Below are positions 37,131-47,647 of a stretch of DNA of 61,718 bases, piece after piece. The notes under the pieces were generated by a model. That model ran no database searches. It was given only the letters and a program-made list of their open reading frames with translations, and had not been told where the DNA came from. The DNA lies in the IMG/VR virus record IMGVR_UViG_3300025324_000012, positions 1 through 61,718 of that record; one strand, 5' to 3'. Numbering within the stretch: position 1 is the first letter of the stretch; each line of letters starts with the position of its first letter. Source of the DNA: a virus. Lineage: Duplodnaviria; Caudoviricetes. Both the position numbers and the translations under genes were made by a program.

Positions 37131-38263
37131 TGGGACAATATAGACCATCCTTCAATGATCTAACTAGCCTCGACAAGAAAAAAGTAGACGTCGAGCAGCT
37201 AGAGCGCGTCTTTAGAATAGTATTCGACCGTCTATATGAAACTCCCACAAGCATTGAGCAGGCAATCTTAGAAGCTGAGAAGAAACTTCCTTCTCTAATT
37301 AGAGAAAATGCTGAAGTTATCCAACGAAGTCTTCAGGCTGATGGTAATGCGCCACTTAATCTAACTTCGCTTCCAGGTATTCCTGCGCAGGTAAGTCAGA
37401 TTATACAGGATACTCATGCTAATCGAATAGCTCTTTACCCAGCAGCTAACTACCCCAATACAGTTTTCTGGGAAACTGATAGATTAGTTCTGTATGTATC
37501 TGAAGCTGGAACGTGGAAGTACGTTTCTGGAGTTAACGTTAATACTTTTTCTAATCGTCCAGCTGATCTAGGGACAGGTGATGTAGGATTTCAGTTCTAT
37601 GCATCAGATTTTACTGTTGGTTGGAGATGGAGTGGCACCGCATTTGAGTATAGATATGGAATTTATGAAAGAACTCAAGCTCAACTAGCTGCGTTGGCTG
37701 CGTTGCTGGCCGCAAGTGATGTTGGATTTCTCGTGGATGTTACAGATTATGAGCACATACTAAAGTGGACTGGTACAGCTTGGAGTTTTCAGGCTGGTGA
37801 TGGTTCTGGTCATGTCGTGATGGGTAAGCCAGATGGTTCTGCACCTAATGGTGGTGTGTGGGGATTATGTGATGGGACGGCTTATACTGTACTTAATGGT
37901 GTTGGAACTACTAGTAACTTAACTACACAGAATCTAACCGGTGAGGTGTTCCTAAAGGGTGCAACTGCTGTTGCTGGACAGCAGGCAGCAGTACGAGCAA
38001 CTTGGGAAGTAGCTGCAATTACAGACAACGCCAGTGCAGGTACTCCAGCAGGATCTATTGGAAACAACGATTCAAGCGTGGCAGTGCAATCTGGAGCGGG
38101 CACAACAGTAGCGGCTGACCCACACTCCCACTCATTCACAGGTAGTGCAATGGGAAATCATCAGCATGCATTAAGTGATGCCAATGCACAACTAAAGGTT
38201 CCAAGTGAAGCAAATGGTGGTTTACCGCTACGGATAAGTACAGTTTGGTATATAAGGAGATAG
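37130..38263 (+). CDS. Tail fibre/collar-like protein
   Basis: W.LCDG collar motif; HSHS and HQHA metal-binding repeats. Confidence 0.7.
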   Translation: MGQYRPSFNDLTSLDKKKVDVEQLERVFRIVFDRLYETPTSIEQAILEAEKKLPSLIRENAEVIQRSLQADGNAPLNLTSLPGIPAQVSQIIQDTHANRIALYPAANYPNTVFWETDRLVLYVSEAGTWKYVSGVNVNTFSNRPADLGTGDVGFQFYASDFTVGWRWSGTAFEYRYGIYERTQAQLAALAALLAASDVGFLVDVTDYEHILKWTGTAWSFQAGDGSGHVVMGKPDGSAPNGGVWGLCDGTAYTVLNGVGTTSNLTTQNLTGEVFLKGATAVAGQQAAVRATWEVAAITDNASAGTPAGSIGNNDSSVAVQSGAGTTVAADPHSHSFTGSAMGNHQHALSDANAQLKVPSEANGGLPLRISTVWYIRR

Positions 38264-38267
38264 TTTA

Positions 38268-38624
38268 ATGGAAGTTAAGGTTCTTGGTCCTAACGAATAT
38301 GATGCTCTCAAAGAAACTCCTTCTGGGGAGGTTTTTACTCCAGATAATTGCATTGCTCTTGTAGCAATTGAGGGTGAAGAAGTAGTAGGCCGAATGACTT
38401 TAATGAACCTCATACATCTTGAGGGTTCGTGGATTAAGGACGGCCATAGGAATAGCCAGACATTACGCGCCCTTGAGCAAGCAATCTATGCTGAGGCTAA
38501 GCGTTTAGGGCTAACTTATATTCACTCATATGCTCCTACACCTGCGCACGAAACAATGCTGCAGCGTTCTGGTTGGAGTCGTATGCCATTAAGTGTTTGG
38601 GTTAAGGATCTACAGGAGGTCTAA
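38268..38624 (+). CDS. GNAT-fold protein of the podoviral tail/ejection module
   Basis: Acetyltransferase-like pattern; position before the ejection genes. Confidence 0.6.
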   Translation: MEVKVLGPNEYDALKETPSGEVFTPDNCIALVAIEGEEVVGRMTLMNLIHLEGSWIKDGHRNSQTLRALEQAIYAEAKRLGLTYIHSYAPTPAHETMLQRSGWSRMPLSVWVKDLQEV

Positions 38625-39301
38625 TGCCAGCTTTACCTGCAATAATCGGAGCCGCTGGTAGTATCTTTGGTGGTTTAGCTGCTAAAAAAGGTGGTCTTGG
38701 TGGACCTTCTCCTGAGACTAGTGCCTTAAATGAGCAGCAACTTGCCAATCTCAAATTAAGCAAGGATTGGGCAACTGATCTTTTCCCCCAGGGAAAATCT
38801 CTACTTGACCTCTCTAGATCAACGTATCAAGTCCCATTGAACTACTGGACAGGTCTTGCAGGAGGTAGCCGACAAGGCGCCACGTCAATATTAGCTCCTG
38901 AGATTCAACGTATTCAAGAGGGTGAACAAGCCTCCAATCAAGCGGCATCGAATATGTTTTCCCGCAGTGGTGGTTCGTCCACTTATATGCTTGATTCAAT
39001 GTTTGCTCCACAAAGAGCTATTACAAGTATGCTGCAAACTGTAAGACCCCAAGCTATGAAGAGTTTGGCTGATCTGGCAGGGCAGTTTGCTAATACTGGT
39101 GAAGGACTTACACGTGATGCTTCTAGTCTATTGAGTAGCACTACTGCTGGCACGTCGTCAATGTCACGCACTTTAATGGAACAGGAAGAAATGAGACGGA
39201 AGGCTCAAACGGATATGGGTAAGTCTATTGGCGGCATCCTAGCAGATATTGTTAGGGGAATTACTACTGGTAAAGATAAGAATAAAGGCGTGTGGGTGTA
39301 G
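38624..39301 (+). CDS. Ejection (pilot) protein
   Basis: Gly/Ala-rich hydrophobic N-terminus; helical. Confidence 0.65.
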   Translation: MPALPAIIGAAGSIFGGLAAKKGGLGGPSPETSALNEQQLANLKLSKDWATDLFPQGKSLLDLSRSTYQVPLNYWTGLAGGSRQGATSILAPEIQRIQEGEQASNQAASNMFSRSGGSSTYMLDSMFAPQRAITSMLQTVRPQAMKSLADLAGQFANTGEGLTRDASSLLSSTTAGTSSMSRTLMEQEEMRRKAQTDMGKSIGGILADIVRGITTGKDKNKGVWV

Positions 39302-39309
39302 GAGGATAA

Positions 39310-40929
39310 ATGGGCGCATTTGCTAGTGGATTGCTCGGGTCATATTCCGAAAGACTGCATGAGCATAATCTCCTTGATTTAGAGGACGAGATGAAGCGTC
39401 GTAAGATGCTTGCTGATACCCTTATTCGAAGAATTTCTGACCCTGAAGAACGCCCTGAAGCAAAAGAAGAATATGAGCAAAAACTACAAATCCTTCTAAG
39501 CACTCCTGGATCTAAATCACTGCCAAAGGGGCTAGACCAATTTTCTATTAATATAAAACCACAGGAAGGTAAGAGTCTGGCGAAAGCACCAGCCCAACCT
39601 GGAACTACACCAACTTTACCTAATATTCCTGGGGAAGCCCAAGGGTCAGCGGGAGCAGTATCTTCTTCTGCGCCGTCTCCAGGTGCAGGGTTAGGGATGC
39701 CGAGACTTCCAGAACCACCTTCTGAAGTCCCACGTAAATTTAGTCCAGCTGAAATGGGTCAAATGGCAGCAGCAGAAGCCTTGCCTAGATTGGAGCAAGC
39801 AAATAGACTTAAACTAGAGCAATCTGAAAATCAAGCTGAAGTACCAATAAATCTGGCACGTGACCTGTCAAAAGAAACGGGCATGTCTATCATGCAGGCC
39901 TATTTATTTTTGAAAGGCAAAACTGGTGCAGTCGCTGCGCCTAATGTTTTACTTAAGGATGGTACTATTAGTGGTTCCACTAGGGTAATTAATCCTGGGG
40001 ATACTGCTAGATATTTCAAAGATGGCAAAGAAATTACTAATCTAGTAGTGAAAGAAGCTGGGTTGTCGAGTCCTCCAGGTGATAAGCCTGTAGTTGTTGG
40101 GGGAGAAGCTAGAGGAGTTGTAATTAATGGTAAGACTTGGTATGGCAGTGAAGAGAATATCCCTGAAGAAGTTAAACGTGCATTAGAAGCATTAAAGGCG
40201 CCTCCAGCTGATAAAGTAACTACTCGTACACAATATTTAGATACAGGAACTGAAAAAAGAAAAGTTACTACTAGTTCACGTACTTCAACTGTTGGTAGTA
40301 AGAAGGGACCTGTTAAAACTGAACCACCTCCTGGGATTACCAGTGGTCCTACTTCTTTGAGATCACCCGACGTGATTAAGAAGACTTATCCACTAACTTC
40401 ATCCACAAGAACTAGAATGGAGACTGCTCCTAAAGTTATTTTTCTTGTTAATGAAGCTGACGAGATGGTTGATAAAATTGCATCAGATTTGGGTCCGGGT
40501 GAAGGTCGTTGGAGTAAATTCTGGGCTGGTGATGTTGGTGCAGAAAAGCCAGAATGGACCCGTTTCAAAACAAACACCAAATTTCTTTCAACGCTGCTTA
40601 TGAATATGCACGTTGGTGCTCGCGGCTCTCAGAAATTGATGGAGCATTTCCAAGAACTTTATGATGCCGGCAAACAATCACCAGCAAATTTGAAAGCCGC
40701 ATTTGCTGCAACTAGGCGCTATGCTGAATTTGTTGCAAAAAATCCTGATGCTGACCCGACTGATTTCTTAGATAAGGAGAAGTCACAAGCTAAAACTTTA
40801 CTTACCCCAGAAAAACTTGAACGTGCTTTGCAAGCATTTAATGAAAGCCTTCCTAAAGGGGAACCTCGGTGGACCCTTACAAGGTTTAAGAATGATGCTA
40901 TAGCTAAAGGGTATTACAAGGAAAAATAA
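39310..40929 (+). CDS. Ejection (internal virion) protein
   Basis: MGAFASGLLG start; synteny. Confidence 0.6.
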   Translation: MGAFASGLLGSYSERLHEHNLLDLEDEMKRRKMLADTLIRRISDPEERPEAKEEYEQKLQILLSTPGSKSLPKGLDQFSINIKPQEGKSLAKAPAQPGTTPTLPNIPGEAQGSAGAVSSSAPSPGAGLGMPRLPEPPSEVPRKFSPAEMGQMAAAEALPRLEQANRLKLEQSENQAEVPINLARDLSKETGMSIMQAYLFLKGKTGAVAAPNVLLKDGTISGSTRVINPGDTARYFKDGKEITNLVVKEAGLSSPPGDKPVVVGGEARGVVINGKTWYGSEENIPEEVKRALEALKAPPADKVTTRTQYLDTGTEKRKVTTSSRTSTVGSKKGPVKTEPPPGITSGPTSLRSPDVIKKTYPLTSSTRTRMETAPKVIFLVNEADEMVDKIASDLGPGEGRWSKFWAGDVGAEKPEWTRFKTNTKFLSTLLMNMHVGARGSQKLMEHFQELYDAGKQSPANLKAAFAATRRYAEFVAKNPDADPTDFLDKEKSQAKTLLTPEKLERALQAFNESLPKGEPRWTLTRFKNDAIAKGYYKEK

Positions 40930-42605
40930 TGTCGTCCCCTAATTTTGCACTGCTTAGTAAACAGATAGAATCCGCACCCACTAAGACCAGACCTCCTGGT
41001 AGTGGACCTGATTTTGAGGAGCTTATTAAAGAAATTGAAAAGGAGCCAAGATCAGTAGGCGGATTTATCTCCAACGTAGGAACAAGTGGTATTAATTTTG
41101 CAGATAGTATTTATCAGTTGCTTAGGCATCCAATTGATACTGCTAAGGGAGTGGGCAAATTAGCTGTTGGCTTGGGGGAGAAAGCAATCTCACCTATTCT
41201 AACTGATCCTGATAATCCGACAGAAACTGAAGGTACTCAAATGGTGGATGCTTTGTTCAAGCACATGAGTGATAGATTTGGGGGAATTGAAAACCTCAAG
41301 AAAACTGCTTATGAAGATCCTATTGGTTTAGCAGCAGACTTTTCAGGTTTAATTAGTGGTGGGGGATCTCTAATTTCAAGGTCGGCTAGTCTTAGCAAGG
41401 TTGGTTCAGTAGTGTCTAAGGTAGGTACGTATAGTGATCCTATCCAGTTAGCAGTTCGAGGCACGGGTCAGGTTTTACGAGGCGCTGGTAGGGTTACTGG
41501 TGAAACAGTGGGTTTGGGTACTGCCGCACGTCAAGCATTTGCTAAGCATAGTGCTGACTTTACTAACGCGCTGAGAGGTAAAACTAAAGAGAAAGATATT
41601 CTTGAAACTGCTAAGAATGCATATTCTGCGGTTGCTAAGCAACGAAAAATTGATTATGAGTCTGGTTTAGGTACACTAGCTGGAGAAGTAGATAAGGTTC
41701 CTTCTCAGCGTGCGTTGGCTGATTCTTTTGGGAAGCATAAGATTAGTATTAGGGTATCTATGCCAGCTACAGATGAGGCTTCTATAGTAGGCGGTATTAA
41801 AATTAAGACAGTTAAACTCACTGACCCCGAAGATATATTTAACTTTATTGTTGAAAAGAAATTACCGGGGGGTATGGAATTACCTGCAAAGGCAAGCATT
41901 CGACCTTACTTCAAAGATTCCTCAATTCGCCACAGTGGATCAGATATGAGCCGAGTTAATGACGTGTTTAATGATATGCTCGATTGGAAATCTATGGACG
42001 CTAAGGATGCTGATAGGCTACGTCAAGGAATCCATGATCGTATTCCTCGACGTGAAGTCGAAGGAGCAGTACCTGTAGAAAATGCCGCTGCGGACATCAC
42101 CAAAACCGTTCATAATGTATTAGAAGATTCTATAATGTCGGATGTTCCAGGATATTCTGATTTGGTACGGAGGTATAGGGAGTCTACTAAATTTCTTAGT
42201 GAGGTTAAGGATGATCTTTTAGGTCGATCAGATGGTGTAACATTTAAGAGATTACAGAATGCTGCTAAAGAGGATTCTGCTTATCAACAAATGTTAGAAG
42301 AGGCATTTACTACTAGGGCAGGCTCCAAATTAAGGGATCAGCTTGGTGGGTATGCTATGAAACAAATCAAACCTAAGTTTGCACATTTTGGATATGCTAG
42401 TATGCCTATTATGTATGCTATTATTCATGGTATTAACCCTGTTGTGTTAGCTTCCCTTGCCTTAACCTCACCTCGTATTTTAGGGGAAGTGGGTAGTCTG
42501 GTTGGTAAGACTTCCCGCGCAGTAAAGCCAGTAGTAAGTAAAGTAACAGCAGGAAAATACAGACCCCTAACTTATGTACCACCACCTCCTGAGGAACCAA
42601 AGTAA
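40929..42605 (+). CDS. Ejection (internal virion) protein
   Basis: HPIDTAKG, DP.G...D and SPR..GE motifs; synteny. Confidence 0.6.
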   Translation: MSSPNFALLSKQIESAPTKTRPPGSGPDFEELIKEIEKEPRSVGGFISNVGTSGINFADSIYQLLRHPIDTAKGVGKLAVGLGEKAISPILTDPDNPTETEGTQMVDALFKHMSDRFGGIENLKKTAYEDPIGLAADFSGLISGGGSLISRSASLSKVGSVVSKVGTYSDPIQLAVRGTGQVLRGAGRVTGETVGLGTAARQAFAKHSADFTNALRGKTKEKDILETAKNAYSAVAKQRKIDYESGLGTLAGEVDKVPSQRALADSFGKHKISIRVSMPATDEASIVGGIKIKTVKLTDPEDIFNFIVEKKLPGGMELPAKASIRPYFKDSSIRHSGSDMSRVNDVFNDMLDWKSMDAKDADRLRQGIHDRIPRREVEGAVPVENAAADITKTVHNVLEDSIMSDVPGYSDLVRRYRESTKFLSEVKDDLLGRSDGVTFKRLQNAAKEDSAYQQMLEEAFTTRAGSKLRDQLGGYAMKQIKPKFAHFGYASMPIMYAIIHGINPVVLASLALTSPRILGEVGSLVGKTSRAVKPVVSKVTAGKYRPLTYVPPPPEEPK

Positions 42606-43012
42606 TGGACATATACGAGCAATTGCGTCGTGATGAAGGCTTAAGGTTGAAACCATACCTTGACAGTGTGGGGAAAATGACTATCGGAGTGGGTAGAAAT
42701 CTAACAGATAAAGGTATAACACAAGCTGAAGCTGATAGATTTTTATTTAACGACGTTGATGAAGTTTATGCAGGCCTTGAAGACGCGGGCTACGTTGGTG
42801 GGGTAAATGATGCACGTTATTATGTTCTTGTAAATATGGCCTTTAATATGGGTATTAATGGACTATTAGCATTTAAGAGAATGCTAGCAGCGTACAGGAT
42901 AAGAGATTGGGAGACTGCTGCTACTGAAATGCTTGATAGTAAGTGGGCTACTCAAGTAGGCGCACGATCTGAGCGCCTGGCCCTGCAAATGAGGATGGGA
43001 GAATGGGTTTAA
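42605..43012 (+). CDS. Endolysin, GH24 (T4-like) lysozyme
   Basis: E-x8-D-x5-T triad (DEGLRLKPYLDSVGKMTIG); NMAFNMG; SKWATQ. Confidence 0.95.
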   Translation: MDIYEQLRRDEGLRLKPYLDSVGKMTIGVGRNLTDKGITQAEADRFLFNDVDEVYAGLEDAGYVGGVNDARYYVLVNMAFNMGINGLLAFKRMLAAYRIRDWETAATEMLDSKWATQVGARSERLALQMRMGEWV

Positions 43013-43200
43013 TAAATCTTGACGCTATCGAAAAAGCTGGTAAAATGCTGCAGGAAAGAATTGATGTAGTTCCAGCTGCACAGGTAGCTAGAATTGCATC
43101 TAATTTAGAATTGATACTCTCAAACTTAGCTTCAATCACTTATGGATTACGATTGCTAGTAGATAAAGCTGTAAAGTTCTTTGATAAGGAGAATCAATAA
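43003..43200 (+). CDS. Hypothetical lysis-region protein
   Basis: Operonic ORF. Confidence 0.55.
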   Translation: MGLINLDAIEKAGKMLQERIDVVPAAQVARIASNLELILSNLASITYGLRLLVDKAVKFFDKENQ

Positions 43201-43466
43201 TGGGAAAATTTCTAGCATTGTTTCAGCTAATCCCAGTAATAATTAAAGCTGTCATTCAAATAGAGGAGTCTATTCCGTTATCCGGTGTCGGAGTGACTAA
43301 GATAGATTTGTTGGTAAATATCCTTAAGGCATTCTATGATGCCGAGGAGAGTATTCGTAAGGAATTTCCCTGGGATAAACTAAAATCCATAATTATGTCA
43401 GCTGTGAGTATAATTGTAACAGCTTTCAAATCCCTTGGAATTTTTAAGGGTAAGGAAACCGAATGA
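43200..43466 (+). CDS. Amphipathic lysis-region protein
   Basis: GGAG RBS; hydrophobic ends. Confidence 0.6.
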   Translation: MGKFLALFQLIPVIIKAVIQIEESIPLSGVGVTKIDLLVNILKAFYDAEESIRKEFPWDKLKSIIMSAVSIIVTAFKSLGIFKGKETE

Positions 43467-43897
43467 TAGCCATGCTAATGTTTCTTTCCGATGCAGTTCC
43501 AGTAGCTGCGCCTCCTGAAGTAGCTAATCAGCTATCATTTGGTGTGATTGCTGTATGGCTATTGCAAGAGATGAAGAAGTCTAATCTTCCTATGTTTGCT
43601 TGGGTGAAATCTTCTAGTGATAGGATTAACCAATTTCTTAGTGCATTAAGCGCTATATTGGTTACAGGTGGTGTCCATTTCACTTACCACCAAGACGGTG
43701 ACCAATTAATTATAACAGGCCTGATGGCATCATTTATGCATTATACTGCTGCTTTCATTCAGCAAGGTGCGTGGCAGGAAATGGTATATCGTCTAGCATT
43801 CAAATTGCCTGCTGACTTAATGACTACTCGTGTCACGCCCTCAACAACCATTACTATTCCTGTTGTTAAGGCTGAGGAAACAAAGGTCAATCCATGA
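43463..43897 (+). CDS. Putative holin
   Basis: Several hydrophobic segments; near the endolysin. Confidence 0.55.
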   Translation: MIAMLMFLSDAVPVAAPPEVANQLSFGVIAVWLLQEMKKSNLPMFAWVKSSSDRINQFLSALSAILVTGGVHFTYHQDGDQLIITGLMASFMHYTAAFIQQGAWQEMVYRLAFKLPADLMTTRVTPSTTITIPVVKAEETKVNP

Positions 43898-44205
43898 ACG
43901 AACAAGATGCAATTAGTCTACGTCACTATCTTGAAGACAAACTCAAGGTCTACATCAATCATCACGCGGAGGTCCATAAGTTAATTGATAAGGCTCTTGG
44001 AGAAGACAAGCAAACTATGAACCAACGTCTTGAAGGAATGAATGAATTTAGGGCGCAATTGAATGGTCAAGCGGCCACGTTTGTAACCAAAGATGAGGTT
44101 CGCCCACTTCAGCAGTTTGTAGATCGTTTCATTGGTATTGTTATAGGGGTTACTGTGCTAAATACCCTTATAACATATTTAATTGTAAAAGTTCTAACAA
44201 AATGA
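43894..44205 (+). CDS. Coiled-coil protein with C-terminal transmembrane helix
   Basis: FIGIVIGVTVLNTLITYLIV. Confidence 0.65.
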   Translation: MNEQDAISLRHYLEDKLKVYINHHAEVHKLIDKALGEDKQTMNQRLEGMNEFRAQLNGQAATFVTKDEVRPLQQFVDRFIGIVIGVTVLNTLITYLIVKVLTK

Positions 44206-44895
44206 GGCATTAAAGTAAGCCTCATATTCAGGACTACCAACCTCAAAGCCGTATTTATTCTTAAAATAAGTTCTATTTTTGTCTGCCTGTTGTTGTATTC
44301 TCTTTACTTCTTCCACGCTAGCGTTCTTTAGCGTGCCTGACGCATAATGATAGAAGGGCAAATTGATACACTTTGCCACTATACCGAGCTTATGCATCCT
44401 ACAGTGGTAGTCTGAGTCCTCACAGTATGCGCCCCTGAATTTCTCGTCGAATGGGCCTACCTTGTGGTAAACTTCACGCCTAATTAAGAAACAGCTGAAG
44501 TCAGGATGGGGGCGCGACTTAAATACATCCTTAGTCCAATTGAAATCTTCAATTGGCTCGTTCTGACCAACAGCAGTAACGAATCCTCCTCCATCTTGTA
44601 AGAGCGTGGAGTACGTTGAGGGTAGTAATTCTACGTCATTATTAACTACCAAACAGTACGAGTTACGTAGGAATACGTGCTGAAGTCCGTGATTCCAAGA
44701 CTCTGCTACTGATAAGGGTGGACGCTGGAAACTTATTTGTAAATCATTCTGTGTCTGCAACCATTGTCCTGTTCCATCATTTGAATCATTATCTATAACT
44801 AAGATGGACGTAGCAATATCCTGCGCCCTGAAGGAAGTTATTGCCTTACGTGTTAGGTGTAGACCATTACGTAATGGGCAAAGTATGTAATTCAT
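44194..44895 (-). CDS. Glycosyltransferase family 2
   Basis: IDNDS.DGT, NND, FDE.F..AY.ED.DY. Confidence 0.92.
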   Translation of the reverse strand: MNYILCPLRNGLHLTRKAITSFRAQDIATSILVIDNDSNDGTGQWLQTQNDLQISFQRPPLSVAESWNHGLQHVFLRNSYCLVVNNDVELLPSTYSTLLQDGGGFVTAVGQNEPIEDFNWTKDVFKSRPHPDFSCFLIRREVYHKVGPFDEKFRGAYCEDSDYHCRMHKLGIVAKCINLPFYHYASGTLKNASVEEVKRIQQQADKNRTYFKNKYGFEVGSPEYEAYFNASFC

Positions 44896-45119
44896 ACTTC
44901 CTTCTTTCCATTAACTATAAAATAATTCTTATGGCACTTCCAGGCCTGAGTTTTTGTTTTTACAAAATGATCTATAGTTAGGACATTATCCACAAGTTTC
45001 CATTCAGCTCCGCAAGAGCATGGTGTAACCAAAGCAGTTCTTACTAATACTTTTAAGTGCCTGTTTTTTCCTGTCGGGTAATGTATATAGGCTTTTTTAC
45101 TTAATTTCTTTAAGGTCAT
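44892..45119 (-). CDS. Hypothetical protein
   Basis: Coupled ORF. Confidence 0.55.
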   Translation of the reverse strand: MTLKKLSKKAYIHYPTGKNRHLKVLVRTALVTPCSCGAEWKLVDNVLTIDHFVKTKTQAWKCHKNYFIVNGKKEV

Positions 45120-45120
45120 T

Positions 45121-45624
45121 TCATTCCTCTTTAATCATTTCAATTCCACAAATCCACCAATCCTGTGCAATATCAGCACCTTCTATTGTTCGTCCGCTGA
45201 ACAGTTTTGGCTTTGCATTTAATACCTTCCCAACATAAGCCTTCAATGACGTCGTATCATACCCCCACTTATGCCTATCTGCTTCATCTCCCTGATAAGC
45301 GCCATAAACGTTAACCATAAACGTAAAGTCGTCTATCTCATGTACTAACCAGCGCTGAGCTATACGACGTAATTCAGGTACAAATATTAGCAAAGAACCT
45401 CCCTTTGCTAAAATGCGCCACGCTTCTTTTAGAACTCCATCAGCCTCACCGCAACCGAAATGCTCTAAGACATGGTGTAGCACAATAATTTCGGCAGCTC
45501 CATCGCCGAACATTGGCATTGAACTTATATCACATACAACGTCTGGGTCATGCGTATTCTGCACGTCTACGTTTATCCAGCCTTCTCCGAATTTTCGTTG
45601 TCCGCTTCCTAGATTTAACCTCAT
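45121..45624 (-). CDS. Class I SAM methyltransferase (type 11-like)
   Basis: LNLGSG, INVD, HVLEH, RIL..GG. Confidence 0.88.
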   Translation of the reverse strand: MRLNLGSGQRKFGEGWINVDVQNTHDPDVVCDISSMPMFGDGAAEIIVLHHVLEHFGCGEADGVLKEAWRILAKGGSLLIFVPELRRIAQRWLVHEIDDFTFMVNVYGAYQGDEADRHKWGYDTTSLKAYVGKVLNAKPKLFSGRTIEGADIAQDWWICGIEMIKEE

Positions 45625-45785
45625 GGTTTTTCTCCAATGCATTTATGTCCTGGAAGTTGATGACAATCGCACATATCGCAGTAAGGTACCTCAATCCCTT
45701 CAGCGGCAGCTTCTAGGGCTTCAGCCCTATCTTTACCTACCAACTTTATAAGTTCTTCTGCAGTTAATTGTTTTATAAGTCTCAT
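45621..45785 (-). CDS. 54-aa Cys-containing protein
   Basis: Own translation; fills the gap with ATGA overlaps. Confidence 0.5.
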   Translation of the reverse strand: MRLIKQLTAEELIKLVGKDRAEALEAAAEGIEVPYCDMCDCHQLPGHKCIGEKP

Positions 45786-46330
45786 AATTTAGCCGCCTTA
45801 ACTAACTTTACTAAAACTCCGCTCCCTTCAAATGGAGCCTCTGATTTGAAAAATGCCATACTTTTTATGTTCCACCCTTTCAAAAGTAAATTAACTTCCT
45901 CCCCTGACTTCAAGCGTAACCCGTTGTCAATTGGGTCGTGGTGAATTGGGTATACACTTGGAGCTTCTAGCCACATTATCCCCCCCTCTCTAAGTACACC
46001 ATGACAATTATCCATTACTAACTTTGGATTCTCCACATGCTCAATCATGGACGTGCAAAAGATTATATCCCAGGCGTGGGTATAGGGCAATCCAACCTCG
46101 GCATTCCATTCTTCATGTGTTAAACCTTTAGGGAGATTATGAGTTTCTTTCTTCAAATCTACGTTAAGGATAGTACAACCTCTTTCTAGTAGAGGCTTAA
46201 GAATATTATTCCAAATCCAATGCTGATCGTCGTGGTAGTGTTCCCACGTGTTTGACCCAACGTTCAAAACAAACTTACCCTGAACGTTGGAAAGTAAACT
46301 GCCTAATAGAATAGAAGTTTCAGGAAACAC
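45782..46330 (-). CDS. Class I SAM methyltransferase
   Basis: VLNVGS, NVD, IEHV..P, L..GG. Confidence 0.85.
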   Translation of the reverse strand: MFPETSILLGSLLSNVQGKFVLNVGSNTWEHYHDDQHWIWNNILKPLLERGCTILNVDLKKETHNLPKGLTHEEWNAEVGLPYTHAWDIIFCTSMIEHVENPKLVMDNCHGVLREGGIMWLEAPSVYPIHHDPIDNGLRLKSGEEVNLLLKGWNIKSMAFFKSEAPFEGSGVLVKLVKAAKL

Positions 46331-47069
46331 GAATAGCCTCCCATAAAGGAATTAAAACCGATTCCTTTCCGGTTTCAGGATCGCTGAATCCTCCTGGTAG
46401 GTGAAGGGCGCATGGCCATGATTCCGTATGTGGATTGTATACTCTCCCCTGTTTAATTTCTAATTGTTTCAGTTCAAAGTAATTTGGTTCATTCACTCCG
46501 TGCCTTGATACCGAAGCCGTTTGGAATATATTACAGTTTACGTCCAAAAGAAATTCACTTTTGTTTAGCACGTTGTCTGCCCAGGCACGTTGAAGCCATC
46601 CCTGATCGTGATTTTCTTCTGGAAGATTCTCATAAATAGGACGAAGTTTGTCCCAGAGGTCTATCATGTAGGCTATTTCCCCCATAAATTGGCCCGCGCC
46701 AAGGTAACGCCAGGGATGGCCGGGGTCAGGGAATGTAATACCTAGTTCTCTGAAAGGGTAAGGTTGGTCCTCGCACGAAATCAAATATGGTGGGCGTCCT
46801 AAATTATCATATTTATCCTCTATTTCTATAGTATTTGCTAAGAAAAAACTATCTCGGCCGTCAGTATAAAAGCAGTAAATATAACCATCCTTTAACCACT
46901 GTTTAGCAGCTTTGCAGAATTCAGTTATTTTAATTTGCATCCAATCTATATAACTCCCACCTATTCCATAAGGCTGAAGGTTAATCCCATGAACTTTTGC
47001 TGATGCGTCTAATAATTTTAACATGCGTCGATTAGGAGCAACACAGGCTGTAGTATAGATAATCTTCAT
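46320..47069 (-). CDS. PLOD/LH3-like GT-A glycosyltransferase
   Basis: YTDGRD, SCE...YP, YLGAG.FMG, DQ and LD....IFQ motifs. Confidence 0.75.
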   Translation of the reverse strand: MKIIYTTACVAPNRRMLKLLDASAKVHGINLQPYGIGGSYIDWMQIKITEFCKAAKQWLKDGYIYCFYTDGRDSFFLANTIEIEDKYDNLGRPPYLISCEDQPYPFRELGITFPDPGHPWRYLGAGQFMGEIAYMIDLWDKLRPIYENLPEENHDQGWLQRAWADNVLNKSEFLLDVNCNIFQTASVSRHGVNEPNYFELKQLEIKQGRVYNPHTESWPCALHLPGGFSDPETGKESVLIPLWEAIRVS

Positions 47070-47647
47070 GGTTTAACCTTTACTAACAAAGAACCGCTCT
47101 TTGCTAACGTGTACCAGTTAGGAGTAAATACATTCACGCTTTGCACTACTACTGGATATTCTGGTAATGTATAATCATGGAAGCAAGCTAGCCCACCCTT
47201 AACTAAAAGAGGAAGGAACTTAGCACAATCAACGTCTACACCCCCTTCAGTGTGGTCGCCGTCTATGAATATTAGTGAGAATTTCATGTGTTCTATAAGA
47301 GCATCACATGAAGGTATCGGCAGCAAGTTACATTTATGGGGAAGATTAATTGTGTTTTTAATGAGCTCAGCCCTGCTAATAACATCCACCTTTCGCTCGG
47401 TATATCTATAATGATTCTGTACTAATCCATCAACAGAGCCACCATTGTGTAACCAAGAAGGTTCAATCATCACAACTGGCGCGTGTTGAGCTAGAAGGAT
47501 AGTAGACTTCCCTTGAAAGGAACCAATCTCAAGGAATGACAAGTTTATGGGCGCAGCGAGGGCAGCACAATCCCATAGAAGCCTCCCATCCTCAATTGGT
47601 AAGTGTCCAGGAACTTGAGCCTTAGCCCAAACTTCATCGAAGGTCAT
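47066..47647 (-). CDS. Methyltransf_24-like O-methyltransferase
   Basis: LEIGS.QG.ST, IFIDGDH, GG...HDY. Confidence 0.88.
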   Translation of the reverse strand: MTFDEVWAKAQVPGHLPIEDGRLLWDCAALAAPINLSFLEIGSFQGKSTILLAQHAPVVMIEPSWLHNGGSVDGLVQNHYRYTERKVDVISRAELIKNTINLPHKCNLLPIPSCDALIEHMKFSLIFIDGDHTEGGVDVDCAKFLPLLVKGGLACFHDYTLPEYPVVVQSVNVFTPNWYTLAKSGSLLVKVKP

